A DNA stretch of 64,000 bases from the human T2T-CHM13v2.0 reference genome, Homo sapiens. The notes beneath the pieces are model-generated. The model saw nothing but the letters and a program-made list of their open reading frames with translations. It had not been told where the DNA came from and ran no database searches. Numbering within the stretch: the stretch's first letter is position 1; every line of letters begins with the position of its first letter. Positions 42,804 to 60,032 of the stretch are shown here, in pieces. The stretch lies in assembly GCF_009914755.1 (NCBI RefSeq), contig NC_060934.1; one strand, written 5' to 3'. A program made the translations under genes and the position numbers.

Positions 42804-43104
42804 GGCCAGGCGCAGTGGCTCACGCCTGTAATCCCAGCACTTTGGGAGACCGAGGCGGGCGGATCACAAGGTCAGGAGATCGAGACCATCCTGGCTAACA
42901 TGATGAAACCCCATCTGTACTAAAAATACAAAAAAATGAGCCAGGCATGGTGGCGGGCGCCTGTAGTCCCAGCTACTCAGGAGGCTGTGGCAGGAGAATG
43001 GCATGAATCTGGGAGGCAGAGCTTGCAGTGAGCCGAGATCGCGCCACTGCACTCCAGCCTGGGCAACAGTGCGAGACTCTGTCTCAAACAAACAAACAAA
43101 AAAA
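42804..43104 (+). mobile_element. AluY
   Basis: aggtcaggagatcgagaccatcctggctaaca; degenerate TSD aagacacaaaaagtctgct/aagacataagtagtctgct. Confidence 0.93.
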
Positions 43105-43167
43105 AGACATAAGTAGTCTGCTGAGGGCTTTTAGGGAATTTTTCCTTACTATTAAAGGACAAGATTA

Positions 43168-43540
43168 GACCAGGCGAGATGGCTCACACCTGAAATCCTA
43201 CAACTCTGGGAGGCCAATGTGGGCAGATTGTGTGAACTCAGGAGTTTGAGACCCGCCTAGGCAACAGCAAAACCCCATCTCTACAAAAAATATAGAAATT
43301 GGCTGAGCATGGTCGTGCATGCCTGTAGCCCCAGCTACTCAGGGGGCTGAGGTGGGAGGATTGTTTGAGTCTGGGGGAGGGAGGTTGCAGTGAGCCAAGA
43401 ATGTGTCCCTGCACTCCAGCCTGGGTGACAGAGCAAGACCCTGTCTCACACACACACACACACACACACACACAAAGCCAGTTTTTGCAGTTCTTAATTC
43501 CCACCAAAATTAAATATGCGTATATTGAAAAAAAAAAAAA
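43168..43540 (+). mobile_element. AluJ with (CA)n tail plus a unique 3' tag and poly(A)
   Basis: Alu body 43168-43447, (CA)n to 43474, unique 43475-43527, A13; TSD caagattag. Confidence 0.85.
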
Positions 43541-45166
43541 GCAAGATTAGGAAGTTTCTCCATCTTTCTAGAATGAATGAGGAAGAAGATAGCCCCGCTG
43601 GCTGCTGGCAGCAAATCTACAACGAAGTGGTTCTAAAATGAAGTGGATGCTCTGGCTGGCAGAAGAGAGAGGCAGAAAGAACTAGGTATCCTTGATGGCC
43701 TCATGAAGCTCAGTGTCACACAGTCTTGAAGCCCACCCTACCTGTGAGCGTCCACTCAGGTAAGGCCACAAAGTTCCTTAACCTTTCAGCTGGGTCAAGT
43801 TGGCTTATTTGTTAATTGCAGCTAAAAGCATCCCACTGGACGCAGCACCCTCTCCCTCCCAGCAGCTTTGCATTAGGGGGCCCAGCATCCTGAAAATCCC
43901 ACTGAGCTCCCAGGAAATAGTAATATCTGCCTCACCAGCCCCACATTGCCCCATCTTCCCCAATGGCTGTTTGCCAACTTTATTGCATCAAATCTATTGA
44001 AGTTTTTGTTGTTGTTGTTTTAACTTCGCAGGGAAGGCTGTTCTATGGTGCTGTGAGTCATCCTGGGAAGCAGCAGCCCTAGTGCTAAGGCAGGATGCAG
44101 ATCAGTCTGTTCCAGTACCCACCTCCCCTCTCTCCTCCCCCGCAAAGGGCAGTTTCCTCTGGAATCCATGCACATGCAATTTATTTCTAACTGCTCCAGC
44201 AGGTTCCAATCCTGTTGCTTGCTGCGTCTAGTTATTCACTTGGAATCAGAGCTGCTGGAAAGTCAAAATTAGCCTCATTCTACCAGCATGAAATAGAAAC
44301 ACAGAGGCAGTCCCTTGGCTTTAGGGAGGCAAGAATCTAGAATTTTTCTTATCTCTCTGTGAATACCAGAGCTGAGGGTTACATGGGTCTGTGATTACAC
44401 AGTCATTTGGAAATTGTGCAAGTTGGAAGCAGCACTGTCATTGACTTCCTGTTAAGAGGAGGCAGCAGGAGAAGCCTTCCAGAGAGGGACACAGGGCAGC
44501 CATCTGGTTGGAAGTCATTGTGCTTACATAAGTTGTCTGTTCACTTAAGGAGGCAAGGGTTAAGCAGGCTGCAAGGCAAGGAGTGTGAATGACCCTAAGC
44601 CATGCTTGACACCATGCATTAATGATGTTTTTTATCTTCTGTAGTTTATAAAGCTTTGACATCCTGAGGCCTTGCTAATCCTGGAGAGACTCCCCTTCCA
44701 GGGCTAGCTAATTTCTAGAGATAGTAAACAATTTGCCTGCCAACATATCTTTCATATACAAACCAACCAATCCAAAACCTGTATCCCCAACCACTTCCTT
44801 TATTTAACTCTCACACACCAAGCCCATATTTTCCTTGCCCTAAATCACCCCAGGACCAAGTAACAGACTACTGGAGACCATTCCTATAGCCTAGAACCCG
44901 CAGACATTATTCAAACTCTCTAATTCTAAGCTTGCTCAAACTTGCCAATCCTGCCTCACCCATCCCTCCCCACGGAATCCCCAATAAGGTCTATGGGTCA
45001 TGCCCTCTCTTCATTCTTTCTGCCTCATGACCAACTCTGGTGCCTTTGCATGTGACCCTGCATGGCACAGCATGCCCCCTTCTCTTGGGAACTGTAATAA
45101 ACTCCTTTCAAGGCATATTTCTCTATGTCTGTCATCTTACCATACCTAATTAAAACAAAATCCTAG

Positions 45167-46127
<961 letters not shown>

Positions 46128-46789
46128 CCGGGTACATTTTAAAACCCACCACCACCTATAACTTACTCTGAGCTAGACATGTTTAGATGCATTATCTTAG
46201 GTCATTTCTACCACACTGCAAAGTAGAAACTATTAGCTCCATGTTACCTGTGAGAAAGTGAAGCTTGGTAGGCTAAGTAACTTGCTGATGTTGGTTGACA
46301 AGGAAATACTGATCATGAGCCAAGGGTGACACAGCAGACTTCTTTTTATAGAGATATAAGAAATTTTAAAGATATTGGTGTGTAGTGGGGGAGTTGGATA
46401 CCGGTGATCAAAAGTAAAATAAGTTTTATTTTAGAAGAGAAATGTATTAGGCTTAGTTAGTGGACATGAAATATACTGTGAGTATATTCAAAGGAGATAT
46501 TGGGGAAACCTGACATAATAACTAGAAAATAACTGATGGCACAACTACATCAAATCTCTTGAGTTTTTGTTTACATTCCTTCAACCTCAAGAGGAGTTAA
46601 GCCAAGACGGAATGCAGCCAAGTGGGGCAGAATTTCCAGCTCAGACTGAACTCTGCAGCCTACCTCCTCTCTAGGGTGTCCCAGATACAAGACATGCTGG
46701 CCGTCCCCAGCATGTTAATGATATAATGAGAAAAGCCACATGCAAGAAGTAAATAGTACTGAGAGGAAGAGCAACATGTGGCCTCACTC

Positions 46790-46948
46790 CTTGCTACTCA
46801 AAGTTTGGTCTGTGGACCAGCAGCATTAGCATCACCTGGGAAATGATTAGAAATGCAGAATCTCAGACTCTGTCGCAGACTTCCTGAATCTGCATGTTAA
46901 CAAGATCCCTGGGTAATTCACATGCATGTTGCAATTTTAAAAGTTCTG
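46790..46948. mobile_element. MER5A
   Basis: gctactcaaagtttggtctgtggaccagcagcattagcatcacctgggaa...agaaatgcagaatctcag. Confidence 0.85.
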
Positions 46949-47134
46949 GCCTTTGTAGTTCCACCCTTAGGAACGAGGGGAGTTGGGGAAATGATTCAGA
47001 TGTGGGTGAAGGATGAGATCAGACAGAAATGGTCTTAAGCTATAAATTAAAGGGCTGGTACTGAGACTGCACACTTGGTAGTTTGAGGGTGCCACAGACC
47101 TAATGTAGCTCCCACTGCTTTGGTCATAGTTAGG

Positions 47135-47387
47135 TTATCAGAGTATTGCCAGTTTGAGCTGGATAATTATTTGTCATGGGAGCTGTCCTATGAACTGTAG
47201 GCGGTTTAATAGCATTCCTGGCCTCCAACCACTAGATTCCAGGAGTGCTCACCATCCCCTATCACTCCATGCCCCAACCTGCAGTTATGACAACCAAAGT
47301 TATCTCCACACATTGCCAAATGTTCTGAGGCAGACAGAAGGGAGAGGGTATGTGTACAAAATCACCCCCCTCAATTGAGAACAACTG
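47135..47387. mobile_element. MER20 hAT MITE
   Basis: ggataattatttgtcatgggagctgtcc...gacaaccaaag...cattgccaaatg...aattgagaacaactg. Confidence 0.8.
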
Positions 47388-49369
47388 AGGTAGATAAAGC
47401 ACGTTTCATGAATTCATGTTGCCTCACCTGTTCTACCTGGGACCATCAGTTATGAGAGAAGATCCCAGGGCTGGGAGATAGTGGAATTTGTGTGTGGTCA
47501 GGGTATGAATTTGCTGCTGCAATTGTATTCCAGCTCTCTGCTGCCATCAGAAGAGAGAAGAGCCCCCAAAGGGATGGAAGGAAGGTCAACAATAATTTAG
47601 TGGGATGCCAGGATAAAAAGTCATTTATCTGGCTTCTAAGCCCACGTTACTTCCATTGTACCATGCCACTCCAAGTCAGGAGTAGCAGGAAGTGCTCTGG
47701 ACCGTGAGCTATGAGATGTAGGTGTTAAGGCCAGCTCAGTCCTTATCAGCTATTTGTCTTTGGATGAGCACTTCTATCTATGGGCCACAGTTTCCTCTTT
47801 CAGGTTGGCCAAGATATTACCCTTCCAGTTTTGTCATTCCATGAAAATCCCAGAAATGATAAGAGTCATATCCATCAACTTCACAAGGCTGAATTTCCTA
47901 GTGGAAAACACAGATATAGACAAGATATAGTTGGCTGATCTTCAGCTCCCAGCTAGGCTGAGAAGAGACAAGTCCCCAGGAGGATCAAGCAGCCCAAGAG
48001 AGAAGTCTCACCATGTAATAACCTGGTCCAGTGGAGAAAATGGGCAGTGTGAGCAAGCCTCAATCAAGGCAGATACTGCTTTCATCTGAAACAGGGGAAT
48101 GTGGATGGATGGTTGCCCAAGACCTTTCCGGATTGGATATTCCTTGACTCTAAGGCTGTGGAAATGACTCCTCTCTTATGGCACATTCAGATGGAGAACA
48201 CTGAGTCTCAGTAACCAAATGATTCCCAAGCCTAGAGTCCTCTTCAAATTATTTTCCAGAACTTAAATAAAACTGGGCCTCTTCTAGGCCTGTCTCAGTT
48301 CAGGGCTGCATCCAAAGAAACCCAGATCCATTTCCTTAATGCTTTGGAAAGAAGCAAGTCCATATAAAAGTTATCTTGATGAAGCAGCAAAAGGGAAGTT
48401 ACATCACATAGCACATACCAAGCCTACCTAAAAATAATTTACATTCTCTCCTCCTAAACCCTCTCCTAAATATACCTCCTAGCCTACCTTCTGCCATGGC
48501 CAACCTGGCCTTAACAGCAATTATTTTTACCTCTATTGCCTCCCCAGCTAGCCTGTCCTATGCAGAGCCTTCCAGATTGCCTCCAGCTTCTATCATTCTC
48601 CTCTCCACTACTCACCCTGAATAGCACCACAAATCCCTGCAATTGGCTCTATCCATGAGAAGCAGATTTGGTTGCATGAATCAGAAAACTAAAATTATCA
48701 GTGGCTTAACCACTCAAGGTCTTAGTCTCACATATCAGAAGTCTGGAAGTTATTAATTCAGGGTTTGTGTAGTAGTTCCCTCATACCTCCCATTCTCTCT
48801 TCTGCCACATCTAGGCGTGGTCTCTGTTACCAGGTCTAAGAGGGCTGCTGTAGCACCAGTCATAATGTATGTTTCCATCCTCAGAAATGAGAGAAGGGGA
48901 TGAGAGGGCACATAGCTACCTTTAAGGACACTTTACAGAGTTTTGCTGATGTTTAAAATGTAGAAGAATGAAAAGGCCTTAAATCTTAAAGTACCAACAA
49001 GAAAAACATGGACACAATAACTATACTTTTCTATGAGTCTAGCAAAGAGTGAAGTACGCAAGCCTTGATGAACTGAATTCCAGTAAGTAATGAGACCTTA
49101 ATAGGGAAAAGAGGGCCATGGCAGCTTTCCTACCTGAGAAAGGTTGAGAAGCTGGTTTGGCTCCATGGGGCATGTTATACAGGGAGAGATTTTCTAGCAA
49201 TGAGGAGGAATCAGCCTAGCCTTAGTTGACTATGTGTCAATCAAGGTCATTTCCTGGTACAGAACCAGGGATATTTCTCACGGGTTTGACCTTACTCAAA
49301 ATGGGGAGCTGGTAGAACAGTTCACATTAATGGTTGCCTCTGCAACTAGTGTTCAGCCTAAAATCACTA

Positions 49370-49832
49370 GAGGTCAGTCAGACTGGCAGCAGAAAGGAAA
49401 ACTGAATGTGGATAAAGACAAGGACAAACTGGAATCACAAGGATGCACTAGGACCCATGAAGACAGCTGAAACCCATAAGGGCAAACTGGAATACACATC
49501 TGTCACTCACTCTTTCCAAAGTTAATCCTGTGGATCATCTACTGAAAAAGCTAACATGCTTTACTTTAGAGGTACACATGCAGTTGACCCACATCTCAGA
49601 GAAGATGAAAGGGATCTCCCGGGAGATAGAGAATCTGGGGATCAGCTGCTGCCCCATACCTGTTAGTATTCTTGGTACTCCCATTGACCTTCAGAATATA
49701 AAATAATATAGCTGCAGCTTTATTTCCATCTTCCAAGTTTTATGCAAAATGTCTCTTGTGGTCTAAACTAATCCAGAAGCACAGGAAAGGAAATTCTGGA
49801 AAACATAGCTTCAGTCCAGCCAAATTGGTGAA
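49370..49832. mobile_element. Ancient LTR fragment (LTR78-like)
   Basis: tctcttgtggtctaaactaatccag...ggaaaggaaattctggaaaacatagcttcag. Confidence 0.4.
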
Positions 49833-52624
49833 ATATAGAGGTATCACAGATTGTAGGCTGACAGGATGGGGTGGAATCTGGAAGAGCCCCAAATACAAAA
49901 ATAAATTGCTCAGAGCAGCAATTCTCCCCCTACAAAAAATTTTGCCAAGAAAGAGGTCATGAAGTAAGGGCAGGTAAGCAGAGATAAAACATTTAGTTCC
50001 ACTCAACCTCATGGTGATTGAATTTTGGGGCCCTGAGGAGTTGAATGCAAAGTGAATCAAAAATACCTGAAACTGCAATCCAACCTCCCCTGAGTCAAAT
50101 ATTGACCCTTCCCTGCAAGACAAGAGGAGTAAGTCTGCACTCTCTGGAAAACAAATGAAACAAACAAAAAATGTTATACTTCAGTCTCCACAATAAATAA
50201 TTATGAAATGTGCTAAAAAGCAAGAACATGTAACCAAAAGTCAGGAAAATCAACAGTCAATAAAAGCAGATCCATGGACTAATTGTTGGAGTTGACAGAC
50301 AAGAAATTTAAATCAACTGTTATAAATATGTTAAATAAGTTATGGGAAAAGAGGAATATAATGGCTGAATAGATCAGTAATTTCAAGATAAAAATTGAAA
50401 AAAATAAAAGTTAAAAAAGAACCAAATAGAAATTCTAGAACTGAAAAATAATAATATATTATGGGATTTATGACAAATTTAAAAGTTAAATATAACCACA
50501 ATAGCACAAAATATGGGAGGGGAGTAAAGGTTCTTACATTATTCATGAACTCAAGGTAGACTATGATAAATTAAGGATACACAGTTAATCCCTAGTAAAA
50601 TCATTATAAAAGTATTAAGAGATATAGCTAAAAGCCAAATAGAATATATGACATAAAATATGAAGTACACTTGCTTAATCCAAAAGAAGACAGAAAAGAA
50701 GGAACAAAAAACAGAACTTAAAGGAAAAAAATAACAGAATGGTAAACTTAAACATAACCATATCAATAATTGTATTACATGTAAATGGATTAAACACTCC
50801 TATTAAAAAGTAGAGCCTGTCAGACTAGATACACAAGCAAGATCAAACTATATGTTGCCTACTAGACACAAACTTTAAATACAAATATAAATGTAAAAAG
50901 ATAGAAAAAATGTACCATGCAAAAATTAATAAAGATGCTGAAGTGGCTATAATATTAGTCAAAGTAGACTTTATAATAAAAATATTACCAGAGTTAAAGG
51001 TAGAATTAGTGATAAAAAGTCAATGCATTTAAAATATGTAACAATCTTCAATGCATATGTACCTAATAACTTCAAAATGCATGTGGCAGAAATTAACAGA
51101 ACTAAAAAGGAGAAATAGACAAATCCAAAAGTATAAAAGGATATTTTCATATCACATTCTCAGAAATTCATAGAATAAGTAGACAAAATATCAGTAGAAA
51201 AATATAAAATCTGAATAACACTATTAACCAACTTGGCCTAATTGTCACTTACAAAATATACTAAGCCATGATACAAGTCTGAAAAAATGTTAAATGACCA
51301 AGGTAATTTATATGATTCCCTAATCGAATGTAAATTACAAATCAATAATTTAAAAATTTAGAATATTCTTAAATATCTGGACATTAAGCAACACTCTCCT
51401 AAGCAATCCATAGGTCAATAAGGAAATCACAAGAGAAACTGAAAATAGTTCTAATGGATAATAATGAAAACACAACTTACCAAAATCTATGGTATGTAGC
51501 TGAAGCAGTATTAGAAATTTATATTCTTAACTGGTTATAGTATAGAAGAAAGATTTCAAATCAATAATCTAAGCCTCCAATTTAATAAGCTAGAAAAATA
51601 AGAGTAAAAATGCAAAATAAGTAAATAGAAGAACATTAAAAGTAAAAATTAGTGAAATAGAAAACACATGAAAAAGAGAGAATATCAGTAAGACCACAAG
51701 TTGATTCTTTGACTAGATTAAAACTGATCAACCTTAGCAAAGCTAATCGAGAAAAAAGGAAAAAATTACCAATATTACGAATTTTAAAAAGCATTACTAC
51801 AGATCCTATGTACACTAAAAGGATAATAAAGTAATAATATTAATAACCTTATGTCAGATTTTTACTTTTTAGATTAAATGGACACATTCCTTGTAAAATA
51901 CAACTTATCAAAACTGACAGAAAAAACAGAAAATCTGAAGAGCCATATATCTGTCCAAAAACATGAAGTTGTAATTGAAAACCTTTCCATAAAGAAAACT
52001 CCAGGCCCAGATGGCTTCCTTGGTAAATTTTCTTCCAGGAAAAAATATTTAAGGAAGAAATAACATTAATCTTACAAAAATTATTCTATAAAATAGAAGA
52101 AGGAACATTTACTAAATCATTTTTATGGGGTCTGTATAATCTTTTTACTAAAACAAAGATGTCATAAGCAAAGACCATTACAGACTAATATCCCTCATGA
52201 ATATAGACACAAAGATCCTTAACAAAATGTTATCAATCTATAAAAGGGATAATACATTATGACTAAGTGGGGTTTATTTCAGGAATACAACATCAATTTA
52301 ACATATAAAAATAATGAATCAATGCAATGCACCACATTTACAGAATAAAGGAGAAAATCCAAATGATCATCACAGCAGTCACAGACAAAGCATATAACAA
52401 AATTCAATACAAATTTTTTAAAACAACAAAACCAAAAACAAACAAAACTCTAAGCAAAATATACATACAAGAAAACTTCCTTAATCTTCTAAAGGATAGT
52501 TACAAAAATCTTACAGCTAACATCATACTTAATGGTGACATATTGAATGCTTTCTTTCTGAGATTAACAAGGTAAGGGTATCTGCTCTCACCATTTCTAT
52601 TCAATATTGTGCTGGAGTTTCCTA

Positions 52625-53078
<454 letters not shown>

Positions 53079-54180
53079 AAGAAATAATATAAGGATATAA
53101 CGTTTGGAACAAAGTAAAAGTATTTTTATTTGCAGGTGATGGTTGTTTACATGAAATCCACCTAAGAAATCACTAAAAAGTTCCTAAAACTAACAAATGA
53201 ATTTATCAACATCTTAGGATAAACAGGCCATATGTAAACATTCGCTGAATTTCTACATACTAGGAGCAAATAATTGCAAAATGGAATTTAAAAAATATCT
53301 ACAATAGCATTTAGAAAATACTTAAGGGCAAATTTAACAAAAAACCTGCAAAATCTGCACACTGAAAATTACAAACATTGCTGAGAAAAAAATTTAAAGA
53401 CCTAAAAAATGAAATTATATACCATGTTCATGGGTTATAAAGACTTGCTATGGTTAGGATATCAAGTTTTCCCAGATTCAAAACAATCTCAATGCAAATT
53501 CTATTTTTATAGACATTGAAAAACCCCCTCTAAAATTTGTATGGAAATAAATGCAAAGTATCTAAATTGGCCAAAATAATTTTGGAAATTTTTTTTAAAA
53601 ACTCATACTACTTGTATCTACAACTTACAATAAGGCTATGATAATTAAATTGGTGTGGAATTGGCATAGAGACAAAAATACGAATGGAACAGAATAGAGT
53701 CCAGAAGTAGATCCAAATATATATTGTCAACTTATTTTTGATGAGACATTAAGGCAGTTTGTGGGGTGGGGGGTGGTTCAACAAATTATGCTGAAACAAC
53801 CACCAGACATCCATGCAGGAAAAAATGAAGCTCAACCCCTACCTCATAGCATACACAAAAATTAATTTGAAACGGATCACAGACTTTAGTGTAAAAGCTA
53901 AAACTATAAAGCTGCTAAGAGAAATCATTTGAATATTGCTTCACAAATTTGAGTTAGAGAAAGTTGACTTAAAGAGCACAAAAAAAGCATAAACCATAAA
54001 AGACAAAACTGATAACTCGCATTTCATCAAAATTAAAAGCTTCCGCTCTTTTGAAAAACACTGTTAAGCAACCCACTGACTGGAAGAAAATGCATGCAAA
54101 ATATATTTCTGACAAAGGACTTGCATCCTTTATCAGAATACATAAGTAACTCTTGCAACTCAATCAGAAGAAAACACCCT

Positions 54181-57134
54181 CAGAAATTAAAATGAAGACA
54201 TAACAACTAATACCACAGAAAGAGAAAGAATCATTAGAAACTATTAGAAACAACTATACTCTAACACATCAGAAAACCTAGAAGTGTATAAATTCCTGGA
54301 CACGTACAACTTACTTACCAAGATTAAATCTTGAGGAAATAGAAAACCTGAACAACCCATAATCGTAATGAGATCAAAGCCATAATAAAAAGTCTCCCAT
54401 CAAAGAAAAGCTCATGATCTGATGGCTTCACTGCTGAGTACTAACAAACACTTAAAGAACTAATGTCAATTCTACTAAACACTTAAAAAAAATTGAAGAG
54501 GAGGGAATACCTCCAAACTCAGTCTACAAAGCCAGCATTACCCTGATACCAAAACCAGACAAGGACACAAGAAAAAAAGAAAACTATGAGCCAATCTCCC
54601 TCATGAACATAGACACAAAAATCCTCAACAAAATAGCAAACCAAATTCAACAACACATTAAAAAGGTCATTCACCATGATCAAGTGGGATTCATCCCAGA
54701 GATGCAAGGATGGTTCAACATACACAAATCAATAAACGTGATATATCACATAGACAGAACAAAAGATAAAAATCATATGATCATTTCAATAGATACTGAA
54801 AAAGCATTTGATAAAATTTAACATCCCTTTATGATAAAAATGCTCAACAAACTGGGTACCTCAAAACAATAAAGACTATATATGACAAACCCACAGCTAG
54901 TATCATACTGAATGGGAAAAAAATTAAAAGCCTTTCCTCTAAGATCTGGAACAAGACAAATGTGTCCACTTTCACCACTTTATTCAACATAAGACTGGAA
55001 ATCCTAGCCAGGGCAACCAAACAAGAGAAAGAAATAAAGGTCATCCAAATTTAAAAGGAAGAAGTTATATTATTCTTTTTCGCAGATGACATAATCTTAC
55101 ATTTAGAAAACCCTAAAGACTCCACCAAAAATCTGTTAGAACTGATCAATGAATTCAGTAAAGTTGGAGGATACAAAATCAACATACAAAAATCAGTAGC
55201 ATTTCTATATGCCAAGAGCAAACAATCTGAAAAAGAAAACAAGAAATCAAATCCATTTATAATAGCTACAAAAAATAAGATATGCAGAAATAAACTTAAC
55301 CAAAGAAATGAAAGATCTATACAAGGAAAAGTATAAAATTATCATGAAGAAATTGAATAGAATTCAAGAATATGGAAAGATATTCCACACTTAACAATGG
55401 AGAGAATATTGTTAAAATGTCAATACTACCCAAAGTGATCTACAGATTTAATGCAATCCCTATTAAAATGCCAATGACATTCTCCACAGAAACAGAAAAA
55501 AAAAATCCTAAAACTTACATGGAACCACATAAGACCCCAAATAGCCAAAGCAATCCTGAGCAAAAAGAAAAGCTGGAAACGTCACGCTACCAGACTTCAA
55601 AATATACTGCAATGCTATAGTAACCAAATCAGCATGGTACTGGCATAAAAAGACACATAGACCAATGGAGCAGAATAAAAACCCAGTAATATATCTACAA
55701 ATCTATAGTCAGTTCATTTTCAACAAAGGCACTAAGAATATACATTGGAGAAAAAACAGTCTCTTCAATAAATGGTGCTGGGGAAACAGGATAAAACCGT
55801 ATCAAGAATGAAACTAGGCCCTTATCTCTCACCATACACAAAAATCAAATCAAAATGGATTAAAGACTTACATCTAAGACCTGAAAGTATGAAACTACTA
55901 GAAGAAAACATTGGAGAAATGCTCCAGGATGTTGTTCTGGGCAAAGATGTTTTGCATAAGACCTCAAAAGCACAGGCAACAAATGCAAAAATAGAAATTA
56001 AGATAAATCAACCTAAAAAAGCTTCTGCACAGCAAAGGAAACAATTAACAAAGTGAAGGGACAACCAACAGAATGGGAGAAAATATTTGCAAACTATTTA
56101 TCTGACAAGAGATTAATAATCAGCATATATAAGGAATTCAAACAACAGCAAAACGCAAATAATTCAATTTTAAAATGGGCAAAAGATCTGAATAGACATT
56201 TTCAAAAGAAGACTTACAAATGGCCAGCAGGGTATGAAACATTGATCAACACCACAAATTATCAGAGAAATGCAGATCAAAACCACAAGGAGCTCCACCC
56301 CAGTTAAAATGGCTGCTATCAAAAAGACAGTGATTAGCAGATGCTGGCAAGGATGTAGAGAAAGGGGAACCCTTGTACACTGCTGGTGGGAGTGTAAGTT
56401 AGTAAACCTCTACGGAAAACATTATAGGTATTCCTCAAAACCTAAAAATAGAGCTACCATATGATCCAGCAATCTCACTACTGGGTATACATCCAAAAGA
56501 AAGAAAAACAATATATCGAAGAGATATCTACACTCCTGTGTTAACTGCAGCACTATTCACAATAACCAAAATTTGGAATCAACCTAAATGTCCATCAGTG
56601 GATCAATAAAGACAATTTGGTATGTATGCACAATGGAATTTTATTCAGCCATAAAAAATAACACAGTCTTCTCATTTGCAGCAACATGGGTGGTACTAGA
56701 GGTCATTATGTTAAGTAAAATAAGCCAAGCCAGGAAGGCAAGTATCACATGTTTTCACTCCTATATGGGAGCTAAGAAAGTGAATCTCATGAAGATAGAG
56801 AGTAGTTGGCTTCTTGGTTATCAGAAGCCAAGAAGTGGAGGGGGTGGGAGTAAATGAAGAGAGGTTGATTAATGGACACAAAAATACAGATAGATGGAGG
56901 AAATAAGACCTAGCACTCAATAAATCAGTAGAGTGACTGTAGTAAACAATAATCTGTTGTATATTTCAAAATAGGTAGCAGAGAATAATTTCAATATTCG
57001 CAGAATAAAGAAAAGATAGATGTTTAAGGTGATGAGAATCCTAATTACTCTGATTTGATTATTACACATTATATGAATGTATCAAAGTATCATATGTACC
57101 CCCAAAATATACACATCTATTATGTATCAATAAA
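54181..57134 (+). mobile_element. 5'-truncated L1MA (about MA1-3), ORF2 RT to 3' end
   Basis: ORF pieces [40 protein letters not shown] and FADD; ends tatgtatcaataaa; TSD core acaccct at 54174-54180 and 57139-57145. Confidence 0.9.
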
Positions 57135-58029
57135 CAAGACACCCTAATAAAAAAGGAACAAAGATTTAAACAGATTTTCCATCCAAATAAGATATATGGA
57201 TGGCAAATAAGCACAATGAAATATGTTCAACATTATTAGTCACAGGAAAATGCAAATTAAAGCCACACTTAGATGTCATTACATACCCATTAGAATAGCT
57301 AAAATTAAAATGACTGACAATGCTAAGTGTTGGTGAGAATATGAAGCAACTAGAACTCTTACACATCAATAGTGGGAATGTAAGATGGTACAACCTCTTT
57401 GGAAAATCTTACAGCAGTTTCTTGCAAAGTTAAACATATAGCCTAGTAATTCAAGTTCTACATTTTTACACAAGCAAAATGAAAGAATATGTCCACATTA
57501 TACATAAATGTTCATAGATGCTTCATTCATAATAGCCCAAAACTGAAACCAATATACCAGTTGATGTGCCAATCATTAACTAGCAAAGGTATAAACAAAT
57601 TGTAGCACTTCCATAGAATGGAATATTATCTAGCTTTATAAAGAAAAAAATTTACTGATACATGCAATTACATAGGTAAAACTCAAAAACAGCATCCTGA
57701 ATAAAAACATCAGATACAAAAGAGTACATATGATTCTATTCATTTGAAATTCTACAAAAGGCAAAACCATCACAGTGGCAAAAGCAGATCAGTGGCTGAC
57801 TGGGGCAGGAATGGGAAGGAAAGATGAAGATTGGCTGCAAAGAGGCATTTAGAGAACTTTTTGAGATGATAGAAATGTTCTATATTTTGCTTGCAGTGGT
57901 GATTACACAAGTATAAGTATCTGTGAAAACTCTCTGAACTCTACATTGAGAAATGGACACATTTTATTATATGTAAATTGTGCCTCAATAATGTAGCTTT
58001 TCAAAAAATACACGCAGTCGTATTTTTCA

Positions 58030-59160
<1,131 letters not shown>

Positions 59161-59338
59161 AAAGGAAGTTGAACACATCACTTCTGCTTGGATCTCAAAG
59201 ACCAGAATCTAGTCACATAACCATACTTAGCTGTAAGACAGACTGGGGAAGTCTTTGTTCCAAGTGGTTTTGTGCCCAATTAAAATTTGGAGGTATTTTT
59301 CCTGTAGAAGCAGAGATTTGATTTACAGGAACAATTAA

Positions 59339-59677
<339 letters not shown>

Positions 59678-59744
59678 TAAATTATCTTTCTTTTGAGGGA
59701 TGTGGGCTGCAAGGAGATTTCAAATACTTGTAATTTAATAATTC

Positions 59745-60032
59745 TTTTTGTTGTTGTTTTTTGAGACAGGGTCTCACTCTGTCACCAGGCAGGTATACAG
59801 TGGCACAATCATAGCTCGCTGCAGCCTCAGCCTCCCAGGCTCAAGATATCTTCCCACTTCAGCCACCTGCATAGCTGGGACTACAGGCATGCACCATCAC
59901 AACCCACTGATTTTTTAGAAAAAATTTTTTGTAGAGACGGGGTCTCACTGTGTTGCCCAGGTTGGTCTCAAACTCCTCAGCTCAAGCGATCCTCCCACTT
60001 CAGCCTCCCAAAGTGCTAGAATTACAGATGTG
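59745..60032 (-). mobile_element. AluJ, slightly 5'-truncated
   Basis: gacagggtctcact, atcatagctc; TSD taatttaataattctt/taatataataattctt. Confidence 0.92.

Larger units (their letters stand above)
42574..43835. mobile_element. Ancient ERVL LTR (LTR16-like) split by two Alus
   Basis: ccaataagac...gtctgctgagggcttttagggaa...gagagaggcagaaagaact...tccttgatggc...ttgttaattgcagctaaaagcatcc. Confidence 0.5.
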
